Below are positions 24,128-36,200 of a stretch of DNA of 64,000 nt, piece by piece. The position numbers were made by a program, and so were the translations under genes. The first letter of the stretch is position 1; every line of letters starts with the position of its first letter. Location of the stretch: assembly GCA_000146045.2 (NCBI GenBank), contig BK006944.2, positions 416,001-480,000 of the forward strand, written 5' to 3'. The DNA comes from TPA_inf: Saccharomyces. Taxonomy: Eukaryota. Below the pieces are notes generated by a model that was not told where the DNA came from, ran no database searches, and was given only the letters and a program-made list of their open reading frames with translations.

Positions 24128-24246
24128 TTTTATACGTTCGGAAATCATGAACATTTATTTTTATGATTATGTAATTAAAAAAATATAATAAATTTATTTT
24201 GAAAATTAATTTTTTTAAAATTTTAAATATGTTTTTATCATGTGAC
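24128..24246. other. CEN11: Point centromere (CEN11-like). CDEIII 24128..24153 (TGTTCATGATTTCCGAACGTATAAAA on the minus strand), CDEII 24154..24238 (85 bp, about 95% A+T), CDEI 24239..24246 (GTCACATG on the minus strand).
   Basis: The tripartite structure was read directly: a conserved CDEIII with its central CCG, a CDEII of canonical length and A/T content, and an 8-bp CDEI RTCACRTG. The flanking genes (MET14 and VPS1, i.e. YKL001C and YKR001C) straddle the L/R arm boundary of chromosome XI. Confidence 0.9.
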
Positions 24247-24607
24247 TTATGAAAATGATATTTACGGTTCAAGAGAAAGATAAATGCAGAATCAATCAAT
24301 ACAATGAATAGTACCTTATTTAGTATTGGACCATTGAGGTATTAGGTATTAGTAGAAATATCCTAAACACTAGTATTGACAAAAGAATAATATTATATGC
24401 TATCAATTATCATTCCCATCCTCATGTTGACCTTCTTCATATTGGACAAAAGATACTAGGATCGTAATGCGAGATAGGAAATTCTTCAAAAGCATAATTT
24501 ATAGACTAGCTTCCACGTATACAAGAACAATATATAAGATTTGCAGTAAATATTAGGGAGAAATACTCAAAACCAAGCTTGAGTCGACCGGTATAGATGA
24601 GGAAAAC

Positions 24608-26722
24608 CTAAACAGAGGAGACGATTTGACTAGCGTTTCTCAATATCTCGACCATCTTCTTACATTCTTTTCTTCTTTGAATGGTTATGTCGTTTTCTTT
24701 CGTTAATTCTTCAATATCTTGCTTTCCGTAAAGTTTTTCGAGTAAAACTTTCTGAATATCAGTTTTACTTTTCACAATCAATTTAAGCATCAAAGCCTTT
24801 GGTATAATATCGGCAATGGTTCTTTTGACAATAGAGAAATAACTACTAATCAACAACTTGATTACTTCTGTTTCCATTGTTTCCCTCTCTGTCATTTGGC
24901 CAGTAGCTTTTAAAACAGGAGGTGGGGATTCCAAAGCTGCCAATTTCTTCTTGTTTTTAGTGGAGAAGAACCCACCAAAAAATCCTGATTTCTCTTCCAT
25001 AACTGGCGCCTTACTAGACGATGGTTGGGTTGGTAATGGTTTACCCGTCTTTGGGTCAACAGCGACTTGGCGAGGATGTAATTTTTCTTCCACCATAACC
25101 ATTGCTTGAGAACCCTTCAAAAGGTCGGGATGGGCTGTATTGATGTAAGTTTGTTCAGCTTTGATGATATCGACAACAAACTCATTCGTAGGAATAGTAG
25201 CATCCTTTAAGAACTGAATGAACTGATTAGAAATCGCTTCTCTTAGAGCAGGATACCTTGAGTACTTTGGTTGTGAAATAATCTGTTTTAGCATACGAAC
25301 AAGTTCATCAAACACCAGAGTAACTAAACGTAGAGATGGTTCTTCAAATCTTCTAATTTGCTGTTTAACTAAAACTTCAAAAGCTTCGGTACCGACAAAC
25401 AAAGATGGGGCAGAACCTGAACTATTGTACATAATGGTTCTGATATCAGAATCTTTGATCTGGTCGAATGGATCCAAAGAGTCTACACCATTTTTGAAAG
25501 TTTCATGGAATACGTAAGAAATTCTAGCACCACCAGAAAGTTCCTGACTGGAAAGCTCCTTCGCCTCACCGTCCAAGATACCGGCATATTCATTGGAAAA
25601 ATCAGTAATCATGCTCAAAACAACCGAACTAGCTGAATCCATAGTTTCTGGGCCCAAGTTTATAAGTTCGTTTTGATATTTTTTCAATGTGGCTTCGATT
25701 TTCGCTTTGATTTCTGGCAGAGTTTGCCTAATGTGGTGTAATAAGATTGAGTTTAACTTTTTAGCCAAATATGGTGTACCACAGTAATGAGCTTTAGAAC
25801 TGTAAGAGGGATGGTTCTCAAAAAATTTTCTTTCGTTTTCAAGGGCTTCTCTGATTGTTTTTTTGTGTTCAATATCCTTTTGACCTCTATTGATAACTGG
25901 GATATAACCATATCTCAAAGGAATGACTCTTCCAGCCAAAATATCTATGACATCTGTACCTTGATCCATCAAATCGACTTTTGTCAAGACACCAATAGTT
26001 CTCGTTCCTTCTGGATCGACCTCTCTAGCCAGCTTCAAACCATCGCTGTTGGCTAAATCGGTGTTAGCGGCATTAACAGATAATATGATAGCGTTTGGTT
26101 TCGAAATATACTTTAACAACATGTCCTTAATTTGTCTTTCAATATCAGGAGGTTGGTCACCTACGGGAACCTTCGTCAACCCAGGCAAATCCACTAACGT
26201 CAAAGTAAGAACATGCGGAGAATAAATTCTCAAGTTAATGGGCACAGAAGAAATACCTGAATTGGCACCTGTCACTTTGTCAGTTTCTTTGACGATTTCC
26301 TTTCTAATTTCGTCAAAATTATAAAACTTCTTACCAGGTAAATGCAAAAATTCACCCCATTCCTCTTTATTGTCTTCAGATTGTCCCTCGTTCTGGTGCT
26401 TTCCTGATTCATCCTTTTTCTTGTCATCATCGTTGATGTTCAAGTCAATCAATTCATTAGCAGTTTGGTTTACTTTAGCATGTTCTGACTTTTTTGGTCT
26501 CCTATTAATCAATTGTAACACTAAAGGTCTCCTGGTGACAATACCAGTACCTCTTGGCAAGAAATCCCTACCAACAATGTTCTCCAAAACGGACGACTTT
26601 CCTGACGACTGGGAACCGACAACAGTGATCTGTGGTAAATCAATAGGAGATTGAGATCCTCCTCCTAAGGGCGCCAAAGCGTCCTGAAGCTTGTTAATAG
26701 TAGAAATTAAATGCTCATCCAT
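24608..26722 (-). CDS. VPS1: Dynamin-like GTPase for vacuolar protein sorting, endocytosis and peroxisome fission, 704 aa
   Basis: 704-aa ORF with a true ATG and dynamin GTPase motifs ([20 protein letters not shown]). Matches VPS1 (YKR001C). Confidence 0.93.
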
Positions 26723-27213
26723 GATATCTGATAATATAAAATGTGCAGTTTTCGTACGGTCCTTATTTTGGTGCTATAAAAGGCCTCTCTAATTCTTTTT
26801 TAGGAGTAAATAGATGAATTATCTCGGTCTGTCTTGGAAGATATGTTGTTCTCTTGATGGCAAAGCGACGCGAATCAACGGCGCCCAAGTCTTTGGGTGA
26901 CCCGGCCACTTAATAATGTTTGGGGAAGAAATCAATCCATTAGAACATTGGTTTTGGAAACTAGGCCAGTCCAAGCGCACAAGTGGTTTACCCTCGAGCA
27001 TTTTTCGACTATTAGAGGATTCAAGTATCTATCGAATTCTCTGAAGCTATCATACTATCCTCTGGACGATATTAGAACGATTTTTCAAGTGAAACGTTTT
27101 AGCAAAAGTTTAAAGACACTAAACTAGCTAAATAATTTCACTGTGAGCAAGTCTTTAAACGGTCTTTTTTGAATCAAAAGAGGCCTAGAATTAGCAAAAT
27201 ATTTAACGCATAA

Positions 27214-28938
<1,725 letters not shown>

Positions 28939-29380
28939 GACATTCCTATTTATAGTTGAATAGTTTATTAATATAGGTTAATCAGTCATAAACAAATTTG
29001 TACCCTTTTTTTTGAATCAAAGTACTTTTTTTACGAAGCAGTAAAACGTTTACGAGATTCTCTCTACATATGCTCTTTCGCGTGTAGCGACATTTTACCA
29101 TTAGGTGAGAATTTTGTGTTACAAGCTGGATGTCAGGATGATACCTTTGAAGGCATAGTTAAATTGGCTGGGAAAGGAACGGAACCTTTTCCTTTCCGAG
29201 TTTCGGCCAGATATTTAGGCTTTTTTTTTTCTGACGGAATAGGGGACCCAGGATTGACAAATATAACAAAACAAGCTTCAACGAGACGTTTATCTCGAGA
29301 ATTACGTCTGACAGTTACATGAAGTGTGAGTTCATGCAATCTGTACCTTTATTGACACAGATATACTAAAAGAAGTTACA

Positions 29381-30727
29381 ATGGGCTCCAAAAAACTGAC
29401 CGTAGGATCTGATTCGCACCGGTTGAGCAAATCCAGTTTTTCAAGTAATAAGTCGTCACATTCAGCAACAAAAGATCAGCCAATTGATACCGACGATATT
29501 GATGAAGACGATGAATCTGGTCATAATATTATCTTGAACATCATCTCACAATTGAGACCAGGCTGCGATTTGACCAGGATCACCTTGCCTACTTTTATTT
29601 TAGAAAAAAAATCGATGCTTGAACGTGTCACAAATCAGTTACAATTCCCTGAGTTTTTGTTACAGGCGCATTCAGAAAAGGACCCCTTGAAAAGATTTTT
29701 GTACGTAATGAAATGGTATTTGGCAGGCTGGCATATTGCTCCAAAGGCTGTAAAAAAACCATTGAACCCAGTCCTTGGTGAATATTTTACAGCTTATTGG
29801 GATCTACCAAACAAGCAGCAGGCATATTATATATCTGAACAGACAAGTCACCATCCTCCAGAATGTGCATATTTTTACATGATTCCTGAATCTTCGATTA
29901 GAGTGGATGGGGTCGTTATTCCTAAATCTAGATTTTTAGGTAATTCAAGTGCGGCCATGATGGATGGATCAACAGTCTTGCAATTTCTGGACATAAAGGA
30001 TGGAAACGGAAAGCCCGAAAAGTATGTTCTTACACAACCAAATGTATATGTAAGAGGAATTCTTTTTGGAAAAATGAGAATCGAACTTGGAGATCATATG
30101 ATAATTAAATCTCCTAACTTCCAAGCTGATATAGAGTTCAAGACAAAGGGATATGTTTTTGGAACTTACGATGCAATCGAAGGGACTGTAAAGGATTATG
30201 ATGGCAATGCGTATTACGAAATATCTGGTAAATGGAATGACGTTATGTATTTAAAGGACTTAAAGCAACCTCGTTCTTCACCAAAAGTTTTCCTTGATAC
30301 TCATAAAGAGTCACCATTGAGACCAAAAGTTCGGCCATTGAGCGAGCAAGGTGAATATGAATCCAGAAAACTGTGGAAAAAGGTTACAGATGCGTTGGCC
30401 GTTCGCAATCATCCTGTTGCGACAGAAGAAAAATTTCAGATTGAAGATCACCAAAGACAGTTAGCCAAAAAACGCATTGAAGATGGCGTAGAATTTCATC
30501 CAAAGTTGTTTAGAAGATCAAAGCCTGGCGAAGATCTTGACTATTGTATTTATAAAAATATCCCTGTCGACGAGGACCCTGAGAAGCAAATACGAAGCAT
30601 ATTGCAAATAGCACCTATTTTACCTGGTCAACAATTTACCGACAAATTTTTCATCCCCGCATTTGAGAAAATAAAATCACAAAAGAAGATGATTGAAAAC
30701 GAAAAGCAGAACCCAGCAAAACAATAG
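29381..30727 (+). CDS. OSH6: Oxysterol-binding-protein-related lipid transfer protein (PS/PI4P exchanger), 448 aa
   Basis: 448-aa ORF containing the OSBP fingerprint EQTSHHPP. Matches OSH6 (YKR003W). Confidence 0.9.
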   Translation: MGSKKLTVGSDSHRLSKSSFSSNKSSHSATKDQPIDTDDIDEDDESGHNIILNIISQLRPGCDLTRITLPTFILEKKSMLERVTNQLQFPEFLLQAHSEKDPLKRFLYVMKWYLAGWHIAPKAVKKPLNPVLGEYFTAYWDLPNKQQAYYISEQTSHHPPECAYFYMIPESSIRVDGVVIPKSRFLGNSSAAMMDGSTVLQFLDIKDGNGKPEKYVLTQPNVYVRGILFGKMRIELGDHMIIKSPNFQADIEFKTKGYVFGTYDAIEGTVKDYDGNAYYEISGKWNDVMYLKDLKQPRSSPKVFLDTHKESPLRPKVRPLSEQGEYESRKLWKKVTDALAVRNHPVATEEKFQIEDHQRQLAKKRIEDGVEFHPKLFRRSKPGEDLDYCIYKNIPVDEDPEKQIRSILQIAPILPGQQFTDKFFIPAFEKIKSQKKMIENEKQNPAKQ

Positions 30728-30798
30728 TGTATATGTTGGATATGATATTTGTTGTAAATTATAGATTAGTTTTTTTATATGTTTTTCTTTTTTTTGTT

Positions 30799-32036
30799 CT
30801 AACTATCTGATTGTTCTTTCTTATTTTTATCCAAAAACTTATTTAAGAAAAGCTTTTTATAGCCAAAATGTGCAAAATTCACAGAAGTTAGAAGATCGTT
30901 TGAAAATTTCTCAGGTACTATTGGAGTATTATTTATCATTTTGATATGACCACTGTTCTCTTCAAAATTCAGAATTTCATTTCTCCAAGTCAATAAGACA
31001 GAGTCCATTTCAATTCTAAGGGTGATATTAAATTTCGTAATTTGCAGAAGACACAGATATGGAGGCCAATCTGCAGCATACGTTCGATCAATCCATTTTA
31101 CTAATTCCTGAGTAAATGCATCCGCAGGCTGTACTTGAAAATTCAAATCCACTTTATTTATCTTGAACGGAACATTAAAAGAGCTTGTTAGTCTTTGAAA
31201 ATCACGTATATTATCGGTTTTTTTTTCCTCCTGCTGGCATACCATATATGCTAATGCGCTCCATGAGGAACAATCCTTAACATTTTGAAAGCAAAATCTC
31301 TTAGTCAAATTGAAGAGCTCAATTCTTTTATTGTAAGGTAAATTATCGTAGAACCACCTAGCAGTATTCCAACAGTAGTAATTAGAGAAATGTTGGGATC
31401 CAGAAGAATGAAATACAAATAAAATATCTGGAAGAACCAGTGTATTAGCATCAAGAGATAAAACGAATAGTTTTCGGTATAATATCCAAAGAGATGACGA
31501 CTTGTTGATACGATTGTTTGATGAACAAAGAAGCCGTTGAATCAGTCTTACTTCTTTGACCAATAAATCCGGTATTACTAAAACACTGTTGTCCTGGAAG
31601 TATCTCTTGAGTAAATCTTCGTGTACATTATATACCGTTTTGTTTTCAGGTGTTGTAAGTAGAAATCCAACAGTCATGTAATAAATATTCTCATTAGAAA
31701 TGCCGCCTAATTTACATCAATATGTAGAATTGTTAGTAGCCGTAACAATGAATCCAAAATGCGTATTGTAAAATAGCAATAGTTTTTTGTATTTTACCGT
31801 TGAGACATACTTTGATCAGAGAAAGTTTTGTTAAAATATGTATGTGCTTCTTGGAAAAGAGATAAAAATGTTGTTTTGAAGATAATTAGTTCTATGGAAT
31901 GGGCTTTTTCGTCTACGTAGTAAGGGAGAGTAATTGAAGGCTGATTGGCAGTAATGGTTAACCTGAAATCATGATAATCTAAATATGCAGTTATTTTTTC
32001 AAAAAATTCTCTGCAAAGGGGAAGAGAAGATTGCAT
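30799..32036 (-). CDS. ECM9: Protein of unknown function (ECM9), 377 aa. Exons 32036..31811 and 31706..30799; intron 31810..31707 (104 nt).
   Basis: Two track ORFs (80 aa and 292 aa) on the minus strand are joined by a canonical intron: GTATGT at 31810..31805, TACTAAC at about 31738..31732, and the first downstream AG at 31708/31707. Exon 1 ends in phase 1 and exon 2 restores the frame (..FSDQ|SGISNENIYYMTVGF..). Total 1134 nt, 377 aa, which matches my recollection of ECM9 (YKR004C). Confidence 0.75.
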
Positions 32037-32520
32037 AACTTCAACAATTGTTTTGAGCGTTTCCTTTTAGCATTTTTTTGTTTGGCTTTTGTTTGTTCTT
32101 TTGTGTACTTTTCATGTATTTGATCTTCCATGTGCAAAAATAAGTGAAAAAGAGCTGAACTAAATGTAGTATTAAAATCAAGAACAAAACATAAAAAGGA
32201 AAGGAGAAAATGGAACAATTGCTTAGTCAAATAATGTGAAGTTATAAAACTGCCGGAAGCCTATAAAAAATATTTTCTTTACTGAGACCGTGATCAGGAG
32301 AACGAATGTGTATTAATAGCTGTATATATCTTATAAAGACGAAGCCTATTTACTATCAACGCTATGTAAGTTTGTACTATTATCCTTGTGAAACAAATAA
32401 TTGGAGGACAGTCAATAGCATCATCTAACATCGTGAAACGAATCAGTGATTGAAAGGAATTAAATGAGCAACGTGCATAAATAATATCGGTAAAGAAAAA
32501 AGAGCGCAATGGTTTCATGA

Positions 32521-33957
32521 CTATTCTACACCAAGTTGTTGCGCCATTTTATCTAAGCTGATCCCCTTTTCTGGTATGCTTACAGGAAGAGAATAGAAAT
32601 ACTCTTCGTCAAATTCAACTTCGTCATCTGACCAATCGTTATCATCATCTGAGTCATCGATACTATGATCTCTAAAAGATACCCGCGACCGGTAAGAAAA
32701 CCCCAACATCATCAATGTAGTAATTGATACTGTGATGGCAGTGAATATGAAAATCCTTTTGTCTAATTGAGATGCCGCCGATATGAATTCACCAGAATCT
32801 AGTTCTGGTAAGTGCGGCACTTGCGAAAAGGTTGTAGAGAACAGTGTGGCCTGCTCATTAGCAGCGCCTGGATCAGAAATCTTATCTCTTCTTACTACTG
32901 TTGGTGTACCTCCTTCATCTGGTGAAGCGAGCTCACCATTAGCGCTAAAGAGACCAAAATTTATTCCCGCTTTTTTATTCAATCCATCCGGATTAAGTAC
33001 TGCTACTAACGACTTCGTTGCGATAGCATTTGTTGTCGTAGTAGTCGTGATACTCAAAAACGTCGAAGTTGCGGTACTTGTTACGATTTTAGTTCTTGGA
33101 AACCATCTTCTTTTGGCTTTTGTCGACGTGATTAAAGTCGTCCCTGTTTCAGTATCAGTCTTGGTCCTGTAAAACCTGTTCACTGTGGTTATTATTTTAG
33201 GACTTTGGTATTCATTCACTAAGTAACGAGTAAAAATTTTCTTTGGCCTCCAAGAACTCCACCTTGTCATATGAATTTCGGTGGCAGTGTGAAATAATGG
33301 GGCCTTCGTATTTCGTTCTTTTTTACTGCCACTTTTATCATCGGTATCCTTACTACAGTTTTCAGAACTAACTTTCTTGTTCTCATGGTATTCGATTTTA
33401 CCTTCCCACTTCTTATCTTTCACACTACAGTCACCGTCGTTTTCTTCTTCATAACCAGTAGCTGGAGACAGAGTTTTACCACTTATCGTTCTTTCGCGCA
33501 AATATTGAACTTCATTATTAGCGTCAACCACTTCGAACATGTCAACTGATGATATAGTCTTTTGATTATTGGTTAAAGAGGTTAATAGTGCAGAAATTAA
33601 TTGGTTTTTTTCGAACTGCAAAGGGTTCCTAAAAAGAGTATTGTTTTGACCAACGAAATAAGACAATTTTCTACTAGAAAATTTGTTGCCTCTAGGTTTC
33701 AAAATCTCTCCGTCATCTAAAACTCCATTTGTCAATTGAAATTGTTCAACAACGATCTGCAACTTGTCATACTCATCTTTGGAGGTACAGTAATCGTGAA
33801 AGCAGCTATTATTAAGGGAACTCAAGGCACACTGTAAACATTTGCAGTTATCCAAGTCCTCCATTGTTTCATTATTCACAGTAACGCATGACCGACAAAA
33901 TGCATATTGTTCATCAAAATAACGGGACACGCATTCACTTAAATTTCGTTTCTTCAC
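32521..33957 (-). CDS. Ser/Thr-rich protein of unknown function with one predicted TM segment near the C-terminus (YKR005C). The 5' end is uncertain: either the first ATG at 33864 (447 aa), or a 49-nt mini-exon 34069..34021 spliced to 33980 (502 aa).
   Basis: The long ORF (track: 478 aa) starts at GTG, and its first ATG is codon 32. Upstream, an ATG-initiated 49-nt segment ends exactly at a GTATGT (34020..34015), with a TACTAAT branch-like motif and an in-frame CTAG acceptor (33982/33981). The implied intron would be only 40 nt. Gene order matches YKR005C. Confidence 0.6.
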   Translation of the reverse strand: MKKRNLSECVSRYFDEQYAFCRSCVTVNNETMEDLDNCKCLQCALSSLNNSCFHDYCTSKDEYDKLQIVVEQFQLTNGVLDDGEILKPRGNKFSSRKLSYFVGQNNTLFRNPLQFEKNQLISALLTSLTNNQKTISSVDMFEVVDANNEVQYLRERTISGKTLSPATGYEEENDGDCSVKDKKWEGKIEYHENKKVSSENCSKDTDDKSGSKKERNTKAPLFHTATEIHMTRWSSWRPKKIFTRYLVNEYQSPKIITTVNRFYRTKTDTETGTTLITSTKAKRRWFPRTKIVTSTATSTFLSITTTTTTNAIATKSLVAVLNPDGLNKKAGINFGLFSANGELASPDEGGTPTVVRRDKISDPGAANEQATLFSTTFSQVPHLPELDSGEFISAASQLDKRIFIFTAITVSITTLMMLGFSYRSRVSFRDHSIDDSDDDNDWSDDEVEFDEEYFYSLPVSIPEKGISLDKMAQQLGVE

Positions 33958-34422
33958 ATGGATCTTGTCAGTAATAAAATCTAGAGAATATTAGTACCTC
34001 GGTAAATTTGTTGTACATACGCAACTGGAGAGGAAGGGGGAAATCAGTTGTGAATTGTAACCTGGACATAAGTTAGGATCTGCCACAGTTTTGCTTTGAA
34101 CCGCTGCGAGAACGCTCCCACCACCACCGGCAAAGAGAACCAGCAGAGCGCTTAGACATTCCAACATTATCAGTATATCTCGTGTGTTCCTGCCTCTTGA
34201 TGATTTTAGCTAGCTGTAATGTGTAACGAATTATTCCCTTACTGCTTCTTGAGTTAGCCGCCAAAGAGGAAATATAGCCACAAAAAGAACTTACAGAAAA
34301 GATAAGGTAAAAAAAAAAAGTGATCTATAATGGGAAAGAAAAATCCAAACTTCTTCAAAGAGTATATATATGTACAGGATATTAAAATGTAATGATAGTA
34401 GTAATAATAGTATTAACATAAG

Positions 34423-35217
34423 CTAAGCGGATCTTGCTGTTTCCAAAGCTTTTCTTGTTGCATCATCCTCTAACTTTTGAATTTCTTTCATAATAGTATC
34501 ATATTTACTTTTTTGCTCTTTAGAAGTAACATCGTTAACAACATATATGTTTGGTGACGCGTAATTATCAGAAAATGGGTGGATAGCATTTGGCTCAGCT
34601 TCTTTATAAGCGAGTTTAGGATCGTTGGCAGATGGCAAAATTTTTTCCTTAATATACCTTTTAAACTGCAAGGGTGTGCTTAAAGTGGTCAGTTCATAAT
34701 CAGGAATTAGATAGCCAGATTTAGATTGCAAAAATTTGGTGAACTGAAATTTAGCTACCAAATCAGAGAATTGGACGTCCTGGTCTACTTTGCCCAATGT
34801 TTTTTCCGTTGCCTGCAATATCATATCATCTAACTGATTATCAGACGTAATCTTATCCCTGGATAACCACTGATTGAATGGCGCAGAGGAGACCGCAAGC
34901 TTCAACTCCTTCTGTCTCTTACACCGTCTAGACCCTTCGCCAATAAAATTTTCTGGTATTAGCTCCAATCTGTTTTTGTTATTGGAAGAGGATTGAGAGG
35001 AAGCCTCGTTAGTGCCTTCTTCAATATCCTTTATCAACTGTTTGGTGTCCTTGACAGGCTCTTGGTGCTCTTCTTGCTTCTTCCTCTTGAACCATGACAT
35101 AAAGTCCCCGTTTGCAGCGGAACTGTGAATACATCTGGCTTTCTGCTTGTAGCCAGAGAGCCAGACCGACCTTTGCGGCAATGGTCTAATACAATGTAAT
35201 TTAAGCAGTGACGACAT
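34423..35217 (-). CDS. MRPL13: Mitochondrial large-subunit ribosomal protein, 264 aa from the ATG at 35217. In-frame upstream ATGs at 35223 and 35250 would give 266 or 275 aa.
   Basis: The ORF is open back to the ATG at 35250 ([24 protein letters not shown]...). My recollection of MRPL13 (YKR006C) is 264 aa starting MSSLLKL, and the rest of the sequence matches. Confidence 0.8.
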
Positions 35218-35433
35218 CCTCATACTATGTCCGCCTTTCCGTCTACCCATTATTCACTTCAGGACTGATGATCAGGCATGCAGTTAATTTGACAGAAGTC
35301 GTTGTTTCACTATAAATTTGTCAGCTACCCGCCTCACCAGCAGCGATAAAGAACGAAGAATAAAAGAGAGCATTCACAGAGTACGAATCCAGTATAGCGG
35401 TAGTGGATACAACGACAGATTTAAGTCGTAAAA

Positions 35434-35988
35434 ATGGGAGCCGTACTCAGCTGTTGTAGAAACCATTCCGGCGAAGAGAATGAAGCTTTGCTGAGGGAAC
35501 AGCAGGCAGGCTATGGAAGTCAAGGAAACGCAAATGACGAATACGATGCCGAACAAATGCGGTTGAAGGAACACGAACACGAACAGAAACTGCTGGCCAG
35601 GGAACAAGAGTTAAGAGACATTGTTGCAAACACCAACGATAAACTAATAGACATATCGATGATAAACAATAGTGGCATTGTAATTCAAGGGACAGACCTG
35701 CAAGAAGCTCTTGATAAAAGACAACAGGAAGAAGGTGGAGATTCCCGGGAAGACGAAAGGAGTGCAGGTGATGACAACCTCAGTGGGCACTCAGTGCCTT
35801 CAAGCGGATCCGCACAGGCAACTACTCACCAAACTGCACCAAGGACTAATACGTTTACTCTGCTTACATCACCGGATTCAGCGAAAATATCAAAGGAACA
35901 GTTAAAGAAGTTGCACTCTAATATACTAAATGAAATTTTCAGCCAGTCCCAGGTAAACAAACCAGGCCCCTTGACGGTTCCCTTTTAA
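35434..35988 (+). CDS. MEH1: EGO/GSE complex (yeast Ragulator) membrane anchor, 184 aa. N-terminal MGAVLSCC carries a Gly2 myristoylation and Cys palmitoylation motif.
   Basis: 184-aa ORF with a true ATG. Matches MEH1/EGO1 (YKR007W). Confidence 0.9.
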   Translation: MGAVLSCCRNHSGEENEALLREQQAGYGSQGNANDEYDAEQMRLKEHEHEQKLLAREQELRDIVANTNDKLIDISMINNSGIVIQGTDLQEALDKRQQEEGGDSREDERSAGDDNLSGHSVPSSGSAQATTHQTAPRTNTFTLLTSPDSAKISKEQLKKLHSNILNEIFSQSQVNKPGPLTVPF

Positions 35989-36200
35989 TGAACTTTTTGT
36001 ATAACATCATTGGTATACAAGCTTTATAAATAAATGTTAAATAGTTAATGAAATAAAAAATCACATTTGACGAATTCGGAAGACAAGTAGCCCAAGAAAA
36101 AAAACAACAAAAGCATGCTAGAGGATGATGTTTAAAACGACCCTCAGCCTGTTATTACAATAGAGAGCAAACCAAAGAATAATAGATAAAGTACACAGAT

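Noticed and set aside
29116-29339. Pair of overlapping 68-aa ORFs on opposite strands in the PAP1/OSH6 intergenic region
   Set aside because: Short, mutually overlapping, in a promoter/terminator region, and with no recognisable features.
32783-33172. 129-aa plus-strand ORF
   Set aside because: Antisense within YKR005C, with composition mirroring the Thr/Ser-rich region of the sense strand.
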